Origin: Chiloscyllium plagiosum
Lineage: Eukaryota
DNA length: 64,000 nt
Direction of reading: 5' to 3'
Assembly (NCBI RefSeq): GCF_004010195.1
Contig: NC_057750.1
Location: 3,034,761 to 3,098,760 of the forward strand
Positions 48,270 to 63,522 of this stretch are shown in pieces. The notes beneath the pieces were generated by a model. That model was not told where the DNA came from. It searched no databases and saw nothing but the letters and a program-made list of their open reading frames with translations. Each line of letters starts with the position of its first letter. The stretch's first letter is position 1. The position numbers and the translations under genes were made by a program.

Positions 48270-49350
48270 ACAGTGACAGTTACAGGAATGAAGGTGGAAG
48301 ACTGGAAAACTGCAAGCATTCCATCTCTGTTCAGAAAAAAAAAGTTTCAATTAAGCTCAGCTACTACCAGGTCAGACAGTTTAATCTTGGTGGTGGAAGA
48401 GTTCCTACAAACAATAGCCACACATGACTAATAGCTACTTGGACAAACGTGCACTGAAGAAAGCCTGCCTGAATTTGTTAAGAACAAATCCTGTTTCAGA
48501 AACTGGTTTGTTACCTCAAAGCTGGGAAGTCTATTCCAGTATGTACACAAACTTCCAAAAGACATTTGATTAAGTACCACATAACAGGTTTATTAGCAGG
48601 CACTTGTGGTTGGTTCCCTACCTCTGGGCCAGAAGGCCTGGGTTCCAGTCCCACCTGCTCCAGAGATGTATAATAATCTCTGAACAGGTTGATTGGAAAA
48701 TAAACAGAACAAAGCTTGTGAGCAAAATTAAAACCCACAAAGTGGCAACTGAAAAGCAAAATAAAAATTAGTCAAGTGGCAGGTAAATCTAGAGTAGTGA
48801 ACAGATGCCTTTTAGTTTGGAGGTCATTAGGACCTCTTTCTTGATTTGACAGTCAAATTTGTAAGTGACGAAATGAGAAAGGATCTTAACTACAGGGATA
48901 TTAATAGATCAAGAGACAAACAGGCAGTGGAACAAGTACACACTGCAGTTTTAACATAACGCAGTCATGTCAAGGTTTGATAAGAGGAATGCAAAATTAA
49001 AGGACACAATTCTGAAAGAATGCAGTGGTATCTTGGGGTATCCATGACCAAAAAGCACAGGAGCAAACTTGATCCACCACTTACAGATCAGAGCTAATCA
49101 TTCAGTACCACATACTTTTCCTGCATCATCCTAAGATCATTTAAGGTTACAGGAGAGGCTCAAGGTAAACAGGATCCCTATTTGAATAGGGAGAGGAATA
49201 CAAAAGCAAGAAGGTCATTGTGAACTGTAAAACAACAATTCAGCTGGAGTCACGTGTTTACCTCTAAGCACCACACTTTGTAAATGCACAGGAGGGGGTG
49301 CAGAAAAATTTACAAGGATGGTTCTGACAAATGGGGATCTTTAGGTAAAA
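48270..49350 (+). mobile_element. highly decayed CR1 ORF2 remnants with an inserted SINE-like piece (about 48600-48700)
   Basis: EDWKTASIPSLFRK...SDSLILVVEEFLQTI resembles the CR1 RT N-terminus. Confidence 0.55.
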
Positions 49351-49539
49351 AGGATAAATTGGTAGAAATACCAACAGGCTGCTGTGTTATTGGCAAAGTT
49401 TTGAAATTTTATTTCCAGCATGCAATCTATTAAAATGTATTTTTAAACAAAATGAATCCATTCATTAAACAACTCTAATCTTACTAATTTTGCAAAAAAA
49501 GGCTGAAGGATTTACAAACAGAGACCAGAGAATCACGTC

Positions 49540-49920
49540 CACACCCTACACTGTGGCATTTCAAGTGCTCATCCAGACAATTAAATGCTGCACGAATACC
49601 TGCCTCCACCACTCCCTCAGATGGCACATCCGATATTTTTACCATCCTCAGTGAATTTTCTCTCCTCTGAATCACTAAGTTTGTGCCCTCTGGTTTTAGA
49701 CATATTTGCCAGGGGAAAAAGGTTCTCAAGATCTACTCTACCTCAAAATTTTATATACCTCAGACAGCACTGATCCAAGGAAAACAAATTCAATCTCTTT
49801 TCACAACAGATTTTTCATTCCAGAAATCATGTGAATCTCCACTGCATCCTCTCCAATGAAATCACATCTTTAGGATTGCGTGGTACCACAACTGCAGTGT
49901 TCCATCTGTGACCGAACCAA
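49540..49920 (-). mobile_element. old CR1 3' fragment
   Basis: EGVVEAGIRAAF..LDEHL on the minus strand. Confidence 0.6.
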
Positions 49921-51266
49921 AACTTAAATAGTGCGCTGAATTTTAAAGTTTGGGAAAGGTGGCATTAAGGGGACACAAACTGGAATTTGCGCCAACTGTT
50001 AAAAGCGACAATCAAAAAGACCTCGAAGTCTTTAATGACATCTGTTAAATCAGTTCCTGACATCACCTGGCAATAAGCTTTACCAAATTTGTCAACTAGC
50101 ATCAACATGATGCACTTTCAACAGAATAAATTAACTGGTTTTCAGAAAGTAATGAAGGTGCTCTGTTCATGGATCCCACTAACATGTGCTTCAGGTACTG
50201 TAATGGGCAATGCAATTCACTTAGTTAAACTTGCATTAACGCTGTGCATTGAATGCAGAGAGGCATTCCACACATTTCAGATATCCATCAGAAAACCAAA
50301 TGGTAGGCCTGGAAAGATAAAAATAAGAGTGATGTCCAAAAGCCTGGTTGAACAGATTTGTTTTAAGAGGATTTTAAAAAGGAGGACAGAAAAGCTGAAA
50401 TATTTAGCAGCAATTTCCTTAGTGCAGGATTGAGAGACTGAAAATCTGACACCCAGTGACATAGAAGCTGGAGAGAGAGAAAATTAGTGTTCAACATGTG
50501 GCTTGACGAGATTACAGAAGTTGGTTAAGGCAGAAGTAAGATGACTTCATGAGTATCAGGGCTTTTCACTGGGAGAGAAGCAAGCAAGCTGTAGATGAGG
50601 CAAGTGCTACAATGATTTCAACTAGTTAGTACTGAAGGAGTGCAAGTAAGAGGCCAATGGCTAGTAAGGGGCTTCGTTTGCAGAGGAACCCAGTAAGAGG
50701 CAATGTTCAACAGGGTGGGTGTGTGGGGTAGATGGGATCCAAGTCAGTCTGGTGGGAATACCATGCTTCTAGGAATTCTCGTGCATGTCTCTGTTTCATG
50801 CCTCGTGTCGTGCAAGAACTTGTTACTGAAAGCTTGAGCATGAAAGCAACTATAATTCACAGGTGCAATTTTCAAGTTAAAAATTGGACACCATTAGCAT
50901 TTTAATGGTTTTCTTTTCCAAAGCAGAACTAGAGCACTAAAGTCTTTACTCCTTTACATCTGTTCACCTATTTATCATGAGAATATATTTATTATGTCAG
51001 ATCAGTTAAGATTCTCCAAGTAATTATTTTTCTGATGCTGAACAAAGGACAGTTTGATTATGGGGCCTTGTATTAAATACTACCAACAGGAAGCAAGAAA
51101 TAAGTTTACTTGAGGATGCCTGAAAAGCTTAGCCTCTCTGTACGAAGTGTACATTACTATACTGCTGAGCAATCATGAAATTCACAAGTTGGACTGCCAA
51201 TTTTTTTGTTTTGCAGATTATAGCCAAGTAGCTTTATTGATGCATTCACACAGCACAATGCTTAGA

Positions 51267-51395
51267 TATTCCTGATGAAGAGCTCTTGCCCGAAACGTCG
51301 ACTCTCCTGCTCCTCGGATGCTGCCTAAACTGCTGTGCTTTTCTAGCACCACACTCTCGACTCTGATCGCCAACATCTGCAGTCCTCACTTTCTC
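51267..51395 (+). mobile_element. solo Penelope terminal fragment with intact hammerhead core and 13-16 bp TSD
   Basis: CACAATGCTTAGA at 51254-51266 and 51396-51408; CTGATGA-AGAGC-TCTT-GCCC-GAAA-CG-TC at 51272-51299. Confidence 0.82.
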
Positions 51396-51437
51396 CACAA
51401 TGCTTAGACATGCAGGAAATATTCCAAAAGTTAGCAG

Positions 51438-51632
51438 GTTTTAAGATGTTTTGCTCAGGTTGAGGTTATGGATGTAGGCTTGCTCATTGAGCTAGGAGGT
51501 TCGTTTTCAGATGTTTCGTCATTGGATGAAGCACTGGCGGTGTAGCCACAAGATACATACGAGGATTCCTAGAAGCACGGCATTACAACCAGAACTCTAT
51601 CAACAAACACATTGATTTGGATCCCATTTATA
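51438..51632. mobile_element. Penelope-like fragment: inverted terminus joined to a GIY-YIG C-terminus
   Basis: Minus-strand copy of the 521-734 arm, then plus-strand GFLEARHYNQNSINKHIDLDPI. Confidence 0.65.
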
Positions 51633-51712
51633 ACACACCCACTACATTTAACAGTTCTACATTAATTCTATTCCCATATATTATGTTGGTACAAATAGTA
51701 AACCATTATTAC

Positions 51713-51860
51713 CTTTGGTCCAATCTTCATGAATGGTGGCTTTCTGCCTGAACTTTTCAGCCAAATGATCAAGTCTTTCCAGCCTCCTTATCTCATTCAG
51801 CAGCCATTCCTCATAACCCTTCTCCGCCTGCTCCAGACCTTGCCATGCATTATTAATATC
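51713..51860 (-). CDS. ACTN4: alpha-actinin-4 exon 11
   Basis: 148 nt, gtag|...|gtaat; [49 protein letters not shown]. Confidence 0.95.
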
Positions 51861-53908
51861 CTACAACACAAGAGACTACATTACTCTATAGAAACCAACT
51901 AAAAATCAGTGACAAGAACGACTTAAAGCTAGGTTTGACCTCAAAAGCTACATTGCAATTAAGTGTCCCATACACAAAGGAACATGTGACCATGGACCCA
52001 CCAGTTCAGGTTCCACTATTGGACTTCTCCTTGCTTCATGTTAGAGTTTGTTGTAAACTGCAGAAACTAATTGTTAGGTTAGATAATGATGCCAATATTG
52101 CATCACATTAACTACTAGTTTTTAAAAAATGAGCAAGATGATTGGTCTGTCGAGTGAAATATTGCATAATAGCATCCATGAAATGTTTTGCATACTTCTG
52201 GTTCTAAAGTATTTCAATTAACTGCCTTATGCAATTGATACTTGTGCGTAATATACCACGCATTAAAGATATCACAAAAGGAGATAAGCAACTAGTCTAT
52301 TTATTTGTCGGTGGTGCTTTAAAAAAAAAAGGAGGAAATGTTGCAGCTCTGACACCTGTAGAAATGTTTTTCTCTAGTGCAATATCTTATAAATTTCCAC
52401 TGAGACATGAGGGCAGGGGACACTATTTAATGCTTTGGATGGATTATTAAATCTTAGGCCAAAACTGCAAACAGCAAATTTGCAATCGATTTGAGGTGGA
52501 GGTAAAAACGCAGGCAGATGGCGGCACAATGATAATGTTACTAGACAAGTAAACCAAATGATCAGGCTAATGTGCTGGAGACAAGAGTTCAAATCCCACA
52601 ATGATGGCTAGTAAAATTCAAACTTGGTTAATAAATGTGGGTTAGAACTGCAATTGTGGCCATGAAACTTGCATCAATTATAAAATCCCATCTGATTCAG
52701 ATCAGGACCAACTTTTTTAGAAAGGAAACCTGCCATGATTGCCTGATCTGGCCATCTTGCGACTCCAAATGCAATGTGGTTGCCTTTTAGTTGCTTTTAA
52801 TTAAGGACAATTGTAGATGGGCAACAAATGCTGATTTTGCTTGGCAGTGCTTACACCCTGTAATAGAATAAAGAAAAAATGGAAATGGAAAATATAATTT
52901 CAAGCCCTAGGCTAGTGAGCAATTTGGAATATTTTAATTTTAAATATTTTAATTTAGCTCCATGTCAAAGGCAAATCCTACCCAACTAGTATATGTTACA
53001 CTACTTGTATTTATTTGTGGAACCATTTTACATGAACATTGACCACTGATCTCATTCAAAAAACTTCTGCTTTGTCAACCAGTCAATTCAAAAACAAAAG
53101 GTACGCGGTCAGGTTGTTTTGACTACCTAAACCTCTAAGAAAATCAGAGTTTAGATGTTTTCTCCCAAAATATATAAATTCTATTTATAGCAAAATAAAA
53201 GCAGTATTGATGGATAGTTTCCAATGAACACAAACAACAAGCTCCAAGAATACACCACAGTGATGTCAAGCAAGAACAGAAATTGCATCAGCTATTACAA
53301 TCAACTTAAACATAAATATTACTGGCTTAAAAGCCAATGAACAAAATGTTATGACTTTTTGGCATTCTAAACAGTGTAGTGCAAATTAAGACAACTATTT
53401 GGTTATTACTGAAGTACAGTATGAAAGCTCCTACCTGGAGCACAAGATAGCTCACTTGCCAAAATGCATGGTCTAGTAAAAAAAAAAAGGCCCATGCCAA
53501 CCAAGTAGTTTCCAGATTCAAACCCTGCACCGTGGCAAGTTATCCAAACTCAAGGTGGTGAAACGTGCTTCAACTAACTTAAAAGCTTACTTCATAAGAA
53601 GGACCCAACAGCCATTTCAGTACATCAGCACACAAGTGGAACCTGCAAAATCTCACATAAGATGCCTTTGCAGGTGGAACATAAGAACTACGAGCAGGAA
53701 TAGGCCATTTGGCCCTTCGAGCCATAAGAGATAAAGGTAAGGAGGATAATGAAACGAGAAGAGTTTATATATCTTCAAAATATATTATAGCTCATAACCC
53801 ATGAACAACCTGGCTTTAACAGTGGCTAAACATGTGGATCTATAACCTCAATGATCATCAGCTGCCCCTCAAGTAGGGGATGACTTCAAGACAAAACAGC
53901 AATTTTCA

Positions 53909-54208
<300 letters not shown>

Positions 54209-54452
54209 TCATGAGTAAAAAAATGGAGGCTGTGCAACTGAAAACTTAAGAATTCAAAGGACAGCTTTAAAGTCAATTACTTTTTTATTTTAAAAAAACT
54301 GTGCATTTATTTGGAATTGCTGCACTTGACAATGTTAACACCACTTCTATCCACTTTAACACAATGTCTGCTATTCAGTTATTTTGATCCCAGTTGTAAG
54401 GAGCACTCCCATGTTCAAATCCATTAATCAGTCCCACTTACAAAAGGAAACA

Positions 54453-54598
54453 CATTGGCCATGCTAAGTTGCCCATAGTGTCAGGTGCATTTGTCAGAGA
54501 TAAATGGGTCTGGGTGGGTTACTCTTCAGAGGGTCGGTGTGGACTTGTTGGGCAGAAGGGCCTGTTTCCATGCTGTTGGGAATCTAATAAAATCTAAT
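54453..54598 (+). mobile_element. HE1-like SINE 3' half
   Basis: Matches 5618-5745. Confidence 0.8.
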
Positions 54599-55560
54599 AG
54601 CACTACCAATAGTACCCTCAATTTATTGGATGACAGATTTAATGAATTGAAAACCTAGGCCATTTCCTGCAAATAACCCTCAAGGCCACAAGACGTTTAA
54701 ATATACTACTAGTGAATAAAACCCAAATTTATTCAAAAAAGTGATTATGTATGTTCTAATTTTCACTCAATTAACCAAGCATGCACAAGTAGATTTGACA
54801 CTCAATAGCAGCTACAATGCTGTGGAGTGCCTAATTTACAAAAATAAACTTTTGTATAGAGACTAATGACTAGGATTTCAAATTTTGTTGGCATTTCATA
54901 TGTAATTTCATGAATTCAAGTTATATTTACATTTGCGAAAAGGAACAGCATATATGTTCTGTCACAGCACTCAATTACATAGAAATCCTTGGACATCTCA
55001 ATGTGAATTTAGAACAGAACTAGTTGAAGTGCTGCCACAGGATCTGAAAATAGGTGGGCCTTTAAGTTAATGTCTCACCTAAAATAGGGTAGCTCCAACA
55101 ATACAACACTCCTTCAGTACTGCAGTGCAATGTCAGTAAATGAGTGCTCAAATCGTGAAGTGAGACTTAATATCACAACTGTGACAGAGGATGCTACCAA
55201 CAAAGTCACAGCTCCTCCAGAATGGCTAAGAGGATAAACATTAGACAACATTGTACAAAATCAAACTCAAACAGAGTTTGTTAAATTCATCTTATACAAC
55301 CAGATTTTGGATTCACCAATTCTGAACAATAAGCAGAAAATAAAATGGAACACAAACTGAATTTAGGCACATAGGACAGAAGCCAACCATTTGGCCCTTT
55401 TGGTCTATGCACTATACAAGACTCCTTCCAAAACTGAATCTTTAGAGCCATTCCATTTGTTTTAGAAGAATGACGAAAAAAATAACAACAGGAATCAAAG
55501 TAGAGTTAAACAACTGAAGAGTTTGCTAGTAACTTTTGGTTACTTTTTGGCTTAATGTCA

Positions 55561-55737
<177 letters not shown>

Positions 55738-55789
55738 TCAGAAATAGATGGATAGTTACAGCAACTTCAGTACATGTGTGAAATTACCA

Positions 55790-56455
55790 TAAGTTAAAAT
55801 TTGGGGAAGTAAAGTGGCAATGGAGAAATGTTGGAGAAAAATTGCCTCCAGTTATTGCAAAAATCATTGCTCAAGTCCAAAGTCAAAATGACAGATTTTG
55901 CAGCTTTTAAAAACATGGCTGCAAGAATAAACTCAAAATGAATCAAACAACAGATCATTGTCTGCAACGGAGTCTCACTTCCCAGTGAAGTAGACAGTAT
56001 GAATGGATTCAGGTGGAAAACTGTTGAAAGATTGGTACAAGAGAAAAAGATTAGATAAGACAAAATGGAGGTCCGTTACAGTCAGAAACAGGGAGGTTAT
56101 TATGGGGAAACAAAAACAACAGGCCAATAAGAGATCGGAGACACCTATAAAATTCTAACGGGACTAGACAGTAAATGCAGAAAACGTGTGTCATGGGACA
56201 CATCCTAAGGAAATGAGTCAACCATTTAGGACTGGGATGAAAAGAGATTACTTCACAGTGTGTGGCATGCCTGTAAGATGCTCTGCCAAAAAGTGACTGA
56301 GGTTAAAATATTTTATGTATTCAAGAAGTTTGATATACTGCTTAGGGAGTAAAGGGTAAGGGAAAAGAGAGGGAACAATTGGATGATCAGTCACGATTAT
56401 GCTGAATTGTGGAGCAGGATCAAAGGGCTGATAGCCCACTTGGTCTCATTTTATA
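55790..56455 (+). mobile_element. decayed CR1 pieces
   Basis: Fragments of ORF2 and 3' UTR (gatcagtcacgat, aagggctgatagcc). Confidence 0.55.
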
Positions 56456-58904
56456 GGCTACATTAACAGTAGTGGCAAATACCGTTTAATTTCAACGAAA
56501 GGTACAGCAATCCGTTTCCAGTAACTTCTCTCCATGTTTAAAGATGGGGGCACACAAAGAAAGACCGTCTGAAATTCTGACTACAAAACTTGTCAACAGT
56601 AAAAGGAGAAAAAGTAGGCTATTGAGCTCCTCAGGTCTGTGCTGTTACAGAAGAGATCACAGCTGGTCTGGAACCTAAACCCATACATGCTCCTTTGCAC
56701 CACATCCTTTGTACCTGATTTTTACATTGAAGATATATTTAAAATTAATAATTTATATAGCAACAATTGCCATTTGCAGAAACAATTTTCTATAAACTTT
56801 GCAGAGAGTACTTCTTAATCTAAATTCCAAAAAAAATATAAGGGTTTATATTATGACCCTAGTCCTAGACTCTCAAGTCAATATCTTGGAAAACAAGTAG
56901 TCCAACCATTGTGAATTACCTCCATGTGGTGATCCAAATTAATGCAGAACACCGTAATAAATGCCAAGAAATTAATGTCAAAATGCCAATTTCTATTGTT
57001 AATTCTATGGTTAATGCTGGGCAGAACTTCTGTGCAACCAGCTTTGTACAATATGTTTGAATGGTATAAAACGACAAAGATTTGTTTAAAATGGAAACTA
57101 ACTAGGACTTTTGCATTAAACATTCTTCATCCGAGGGTGCTAGGAAATCGTTCAAACAGATTTGAAGAATTACATATTTAATGCAACAGAACATAATGAC
57201 TGGATGCAGAATTCTACCTCTACAAAAAGGTGTATAAACTAATGGGGTATTTTACCATGCGATCATGGTTCAGATCAGTCAGTCAATGACATTGGTAGCT
57301 ATGAAGACCCTCAATGACAGTGATTAAGGACAGCAGAAACTGAAAATGAGGAAAGGGCATATTTCTCCAAAAAGTGCCAAGCTCTAAAAAGGCTAATTGC
57401 ATGACATCCATAGCCAGAAAACATTAAAATGTAGTCAGAGCGGACAAAGGAAGAAATATCGTATGCATTAGATGGCCAAAAGCAGCATACAGGAAGAACA
57501 AAATTAGATGAGAACTGGCCAGAGATGGAAATGGGGTCTAGACTGAAAGTGACAGCACTGCATGACAGGTGAGAACAGGCTCAAAAATTATGGAAATGAA
57601 CTTTTTAAAATATATACTTGTATTAGTATTTTTAGCACCAGTATCACTCAAGTTTTGACATGCCAGTACAATGGAAAAAATTAACTTTGAGTAAATCTTA
57701 CCTTACCTTGCTATTGATGATGATTTGATGCAAAGTTAAGTTTGCTTTACAATTAGGGCAATTCAATGCTCAGTCATCTTGTAACGTAGTAGAAATTGGC
57801 TACTTAAAAACTAGCAAAACTGCTCCATTTACACTAGAAGTAAAAGTGTTTGTGAAGTGCAGCCAGGCCACTCCATATTGTAGACAGGCAGGCATTCAGA
57901 ACTTTTTCACAATCAAAAATGTTCAAGAAAAGTTGCAAAAGAATTTAAGTCTGGAAAAAACTTCAATGATCTAAAAGTACAGTCCTGGGCAACATTTAAT
58001 TCTTCACTGGATAATAAGATTATTCTGTGACACATTAATTTATTACAGAAGAGTTTTTAAGAGGTGGTTGAAAGTTGTAAAAATCAAAACTATCCTTGGA
58101 ATATCCTACTTGCTCATTTACAGTAGATAGGATAACTTTTTTCTTCCTTCCTTAGACTACGTTTGTTTGTAGCTTTCTTCCAGGTTTCTTCCAAGTACAA
58201 TGGACATCTACGTGTCAGCTACACAAAAGCAGCCCGAATTTTAGAAAATTCTCACCGTAACACTTCAGGGCGACCTATGAACTTTTAAGATGGATGGGAA
58301 TGACATGATTTGCCCCATATTAATGGTGCATTACAATGACATTCAAATATAATCCGATCTAGTTAGGTTTGAACGTTCAAACAAGAGCAAAAACACAAAC
58401 TCTTCCACTCAGATCACATGAGTTACAGACTATAGAAGGGAAAGCAGTCAACAAATTGATTCAGCCAACTAAATAGATGGATAAAGAATGAGGCAAGAGG
58501 GTAGAGAAAAAAGTGAGGAAAGGCAGAGTTAAGTGTTTAATGGTCCTTGATGCTCTACTTCCTAGTTTTGACTTTTCAATCAGGCATTTTCAGAGTCAGA
58601 GTAACTAAAGTATGACATATTAAGAAAACCAAATTTGCAGTAAATGCTTCAACAGCCCAAAACAGTAAAATACTACCACCAGGTTATTTTCATTTGCAAC
58701 AAAAAAAAAGCTCATAGATCATCACAAAATATCCTGAACAAGGACAAGTATCATTTAGCCAATAGAAGATGCATAGCCTCAACAAAGAAAGATTGAAAAC
58801 ATCTAACAGTCGCTACTGTTGATCATGAGAAATAAGCAGCACACCAGATGACCAAAAGCTCTTAGGACAGAATGTTTGCAAGGTACAGGAGATAAAGAGC
58901 TCAC

Positions 58905-58990
58905 CTTTTGAGCACCTGAGAAGGCATGGTAGTAGCATGAAACGTAAGTCATAATAGCCTTTTCATCTGGCCTGAGTGTGCCTACAATAT
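58905..58990 (-). CDS. ACTN4: alpha-actinin-4 exon 8b, mutually exclusive alternative
   Basis: 86 nt, gcacag|...AAG|gtgag; encodes (D)[32 protein letters not shown] matches ACTN4 exon 8b. Confidence 0.92.
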
Positions 58991-59181
58991 CTGTGCAGAG
59001 AGAAAGTCAGAGCAGAGTAAGGTTGCATCATGCCACAAGCAGAAAAACGATTTATTACACGGTATGAGAGAGAACAGGTGCAGCATCATGCCTAGATGAA
59101 AAGAATATAAAAATCTGAGGAACAGCTGAAAGAGAAGCACGAGATCAGTTTTGCAGGAAGGGAGGGATCCTTGGTGACTTA

Positions 59182-59292
<111 letters not shown>

Positions 59293-60751
59293 TTAGGAGA
59301 AGCTTCCAGTCGACATCTTAAGCTGCTGTAGTCAAACAATTCTGCATGCATTAGTCTCTCACCACTTAAAATGTCTAATTTTACCCATATTTTTACACCC
59401 TCCATGTTTCCATTCACAAAGGAGTAAGTGATGCAGTACTAAAACTCTTCCTCTGGAAAATTTACATGGGGATGCTCATAAAAGGAAATTTGAGGCACTT
59501 AACCCAAAATGCCTTTACTAGGTTCCGACCGCCAAAGGAAATGAAGCTCAGAACACTGAGGCAGATTGTTGCTGTTAAATTTTAATGTAACCTCTGTATT
59601 TGAGCCACAGGAGGAAGTAACCAGACATTAAAAGGTCACAGGGACAAGTGCAAAAGAATCAAGTATTTTTGCAGAAGATACATCCACCCAAGTAATTCAG
59701 AAGAGACAAAAACTTTTGATATGCCAATGTGCATGGAAAATGGTATGGAAATCTAGATGAAGATTTATCATAATGGGATGATAAAATGCACCAATTTATA
59801 TTCTGTAGTCATTTTAACATTTCAACATCAATCTGCATTAATTATTTAAATTTTTTTCTTCAAATTTATTCCATCCTCAAGTTGTGCTTGCTTGTCTCAT
59901 TGATCGAATGAAGGCCAGTACATTCAGTAGTCAAACCTCTAGAAGATGGAAGCCTGTTATCAGTTAGTATTACTACATGAACACTTTTTATTAATCACAG
60001 CCCGACCAGTTTCCCTATTGGTTAATAATGCACATAGTATTTAATATGAACTGTACTAGTTTCTCAGTAAGCTCACTTTGGAAGGAGCAAAAAAAAAAAA
60101 ACAAACCAGTACTTGCTCCTGAAAATTCTCTGAGAAGTGTTACTCTGGTTAACTAGGAAGGTACACTTCAGCTGGGCAAAACACCATTCAAAAGCAGAAT
60201 TTAAATACTGTCCTCAATGTTCAACAGCCTTTAAAAGTATTTAAATTTCTGCATATTCTGATCTATAATTGATGCACTTTTTCCATAGGAAAAACATGCA
60301 CATGAAAAAAAAAGGTAGCGATGTTTAAAAGGAAGTATTCAGTTATGTGGAAATGACCATGTGTGGTTAAAACATGTTGTGCAAGTGAAACAAGCATGAA
60401 TTTCATAAACCAAGAGGTGGGTCAAATGCACATATTCTTGTTACATTTCAAGATTAACACGTCTCATGAGCAAGCTCATCTGTGGGTTGTTCAACCTACA
60501 GATAATTGACCACATTGAGCCGTGGTATCCAGCACTAGGAATTCAGCTTTTCAAGCCAAGGCAAATATTATCCAACCTACCTTCATATTTATTAATCCTG
60601 AATTTTGAGGGTTTGAAATGCAACAGGTATTTGGTAGACAAACTTCAAATCAATGTAAGAACAGTTAGTGTAAGCAATTTAAGAGATTTGTAAATTAATG
60701 GGAGCTCCAGCACGTACACACATGCAGTCTGCATGCAGTTGGATATTTCTG

Positions 60752-61037
60752 ATTAGATTAGATTCACTACAGCATGTAAACAGGCCCGTCGGCCCAAGTA
60801 GTTCACACCAACCCTCTGAAGAGCAACCCACCCAGACTCATTCCCCTACATTTACCCCTGACTAATGCACCTAACACTACGGGCAATTTAGCATGGCCAA
60901 TTCACCTAGACTACACATCTTTGGACTGTGGGAGGAAACCCATGCAGACACTGGGAGAATGACAACTGTCTGTGTGGAGTTTGCACAGAGGTGGGAATTG
61001 AACCCAGGTCCCTGGCTCTGAGGTAGCAGTGCTAACC
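60752..61037 (-). mobile_element. HE1-like SINE
   Basis: Reverse complement with tRNA head at about 60990-61037 and (AATCT)n tail. Confidence 0.85.
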
Positions 61038-61544
61038 ACTGAATCACCATGCTGCCCTGTGACAGGTTAAGTAACAGGAATTACGGGTTAATTAAATGGT
61101 TAAATAAATGGACTTTCAGCAGTTCAAATCACGAAAGGAGGTGCTTTTTTTAAAAAGCAGAATTAAGAAACTGTAGTTTAGAATGACAAAGTTCTGGGGA
61201 ACAAGAATGTTAAATGGGGAAGTCAAGTCTAGGGAAGCACTTAACTTCCACATTTATTTAATGCCACAAATAAGGGCTTTGACCCTATCACAACATGAAC
61301 ACAAGTAAAAATTCTGGTCCATTATGTTGCTAAAGTGTTAATGTTACAGCAGCATCCATTGCAAATGATGAAATGTGACCAAGTTTAAAGATGCCTGGTC
61401 CTAAGAATAAAAAAAAAGGGCCGCAAACACAAATTTCATCAACGCAAATTGGCTATAACGCAACTGATGCTGTTTCTAAAGCACAAATTTTTAAAACACG
61501 TTGGCTATATCACAATTGCATCACCAAGACTAAGTGCTGCCTTG

Positions 61545-62060
61545 CTCACTGAACAGGTAAGTCTGTTTGCAGATGTTACATCATCAGCACGTTTCTGGTA
61601 AAGCGTTAGTGTACTGTTCTGCTCACTATTTATATGCCTCAGTTGCTGAGGCGGGTGGTATCATTTATTGTTTTAGTGACTGGGTATAGGGTCTAACTCT
61701 AGATGTTTGTTAACAGTTCTGGATTGAGTGGCAGGCCTCCAGGCATTCCTGTGCATGTCTTTGCTTGGCTTATCCTAGGATAGATACACTGTCCCAGTCA
61801 AATTGGTGTCTTTCTTTTTTGGTTTGTGTGTACAGACACAAGTGATAGTTGATCATGTTTCTTGATGGCTAGTTGGTGTTCATGCACCCTGATCACTAGT
61901 TTTCTCCTGGTTTGCCTTTTAATGTTTGTGGCAGTCTTTAAATGGTATTTTATACATAACAGTGGCATTTGTTGTGGGTATGGAATCCTTGATATGTTAA
62001 GTGCTATTCTTATTATGCATTTTTTAAAATAGAGTGTAGGGTGGCTTAAGAACACAACTA
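61545..62060 (-). mobile_element. Penelope-like element GIY-YIG endonuclease remnant
   Basis: RQTRRKLVIRVHEHQLAIKKHDQLSLVSVH...FDWDSVSILG*AKQRHAQECLEA, with stops and frameshifts. Confidence 0.75.
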
Positions 62061-63404
62061 TCGTGTTAAAGAAGAACTACCTGTATGCTGTCTCAAATCA
62101 AGTCTTCCCTTCACAAAGTGGGCTGGTTGATCTTAAATTATCTTTTCTGCTTTCCCAATCAAGTTCAGCTAACTTGGTATACAAATAATTGGTATTGTTC
62201 CTGATCTGTATAGTTTAGCTACTGAATGGATAAGCTCCAAATCAACAAATTCAGTAAAGACCACTCAATTTTCATGCATATGTGTAACATATGATCAGCT
62301 CTGATTTTGGCAAGGAAATATCTGTACTATTATTCCCTAATGGCACCATATTCTACACTAATGATTTCACAATCAACTTAGATTTGTGTGAACCATTTCC
62401 TGTGATGCCTGGCTACAATATCTAGATGCTAGAAAGTTCTCTTATACAAGCATGGTAGACTTAATGCAGTCTGCACCCAGGGCACAACTGAACACTAGTC
62501 TCAAGCATTTCTGAACTTGCACTCCCTATCATGTCCTACCCCAGAAAGCCAGTTGAATGGTAGTGCCAAAGCCAATTTTACTTAAATGAAACATTGCAAT
62601 GACATAGCCTAACTTAATGTGTTTCAGTACTTGTCTCAAGTGAAACCCCGGTTAACATTCTCCATTTACATAATTGATACTGATAAACCATTGATATGGA
62701 TGTAATATACTTGTGATCTCTTTACTAAATGCATTTCATTCAATTACATAAACCAGTTAAAAATTTATTTCTCAAATAACTGAACTGCATTTATAAATAC
62801 ACAATATTTCATTAATTGAGAAGATGTTCATCAAGTAGAGCCACAGATAACTTCTGGCATGCACTGTATTTACAACATGTGCAGCAACACAACCAATTAC
62901 AACATTACATACTAGTTTCTCAGACTAGTGTGTCAGCTATATCAGCTGAGAATCAATTGAAATTTTGGAATGTTTATTTTTAAATATTGCAATTTAAACC
63001 TGGTCTTTGGTTAGTATTGAAACTTAAACTGATTCAATACAAAGCACAACACCAATTTCTAATGCAAAGAACTGAAGTAAGCTTGGTTTGTGATTTTAAA
63101 AAAAAAATGCCATCTATGTCTTTATTTTTGCACATTCTGGATAGTTCAGTGCGACAAAGCTAGTTATTGAGGCACACATTTCTCCCATTCCAAGTTGCCA
63201 GTTTTAAATGCTCTACAGCCCGCAATCATGAACAACCGAAAGAGCTCCATTGCTCAATTTGAACAAATTATACATTGCAGCTCGATCGAGCCAAAAATTA
63301 ATCTAGTCAATTGACAAGGATATTAAAATCAGTGGGAACAAACATTAAATACACCTAACAGTATAACAAATAGAAAGCAGGAAACACCAACAGAGCTTCG
63401 TTCA

Positions 63405-63522
63405 GAGGTTCACTGAAGAGGTTACCTAGTATGGTGACAAAACGTCTTAAAATGAACCTTCCAGCTCAGCAAGCAAATGTACCTTCAGAACCTCAACCTG
63501 AGCTACAAACCTTCTCAAAACA
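63405..63522 (+). mobile_element. solo Penelope terminus (family of 521-734)
   Basis: CTGAAGA-GGTTACC-TAGTAT-GGTGAC-AAAA-CG-TC, followed by the shared tail. Confidence 0.75.
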
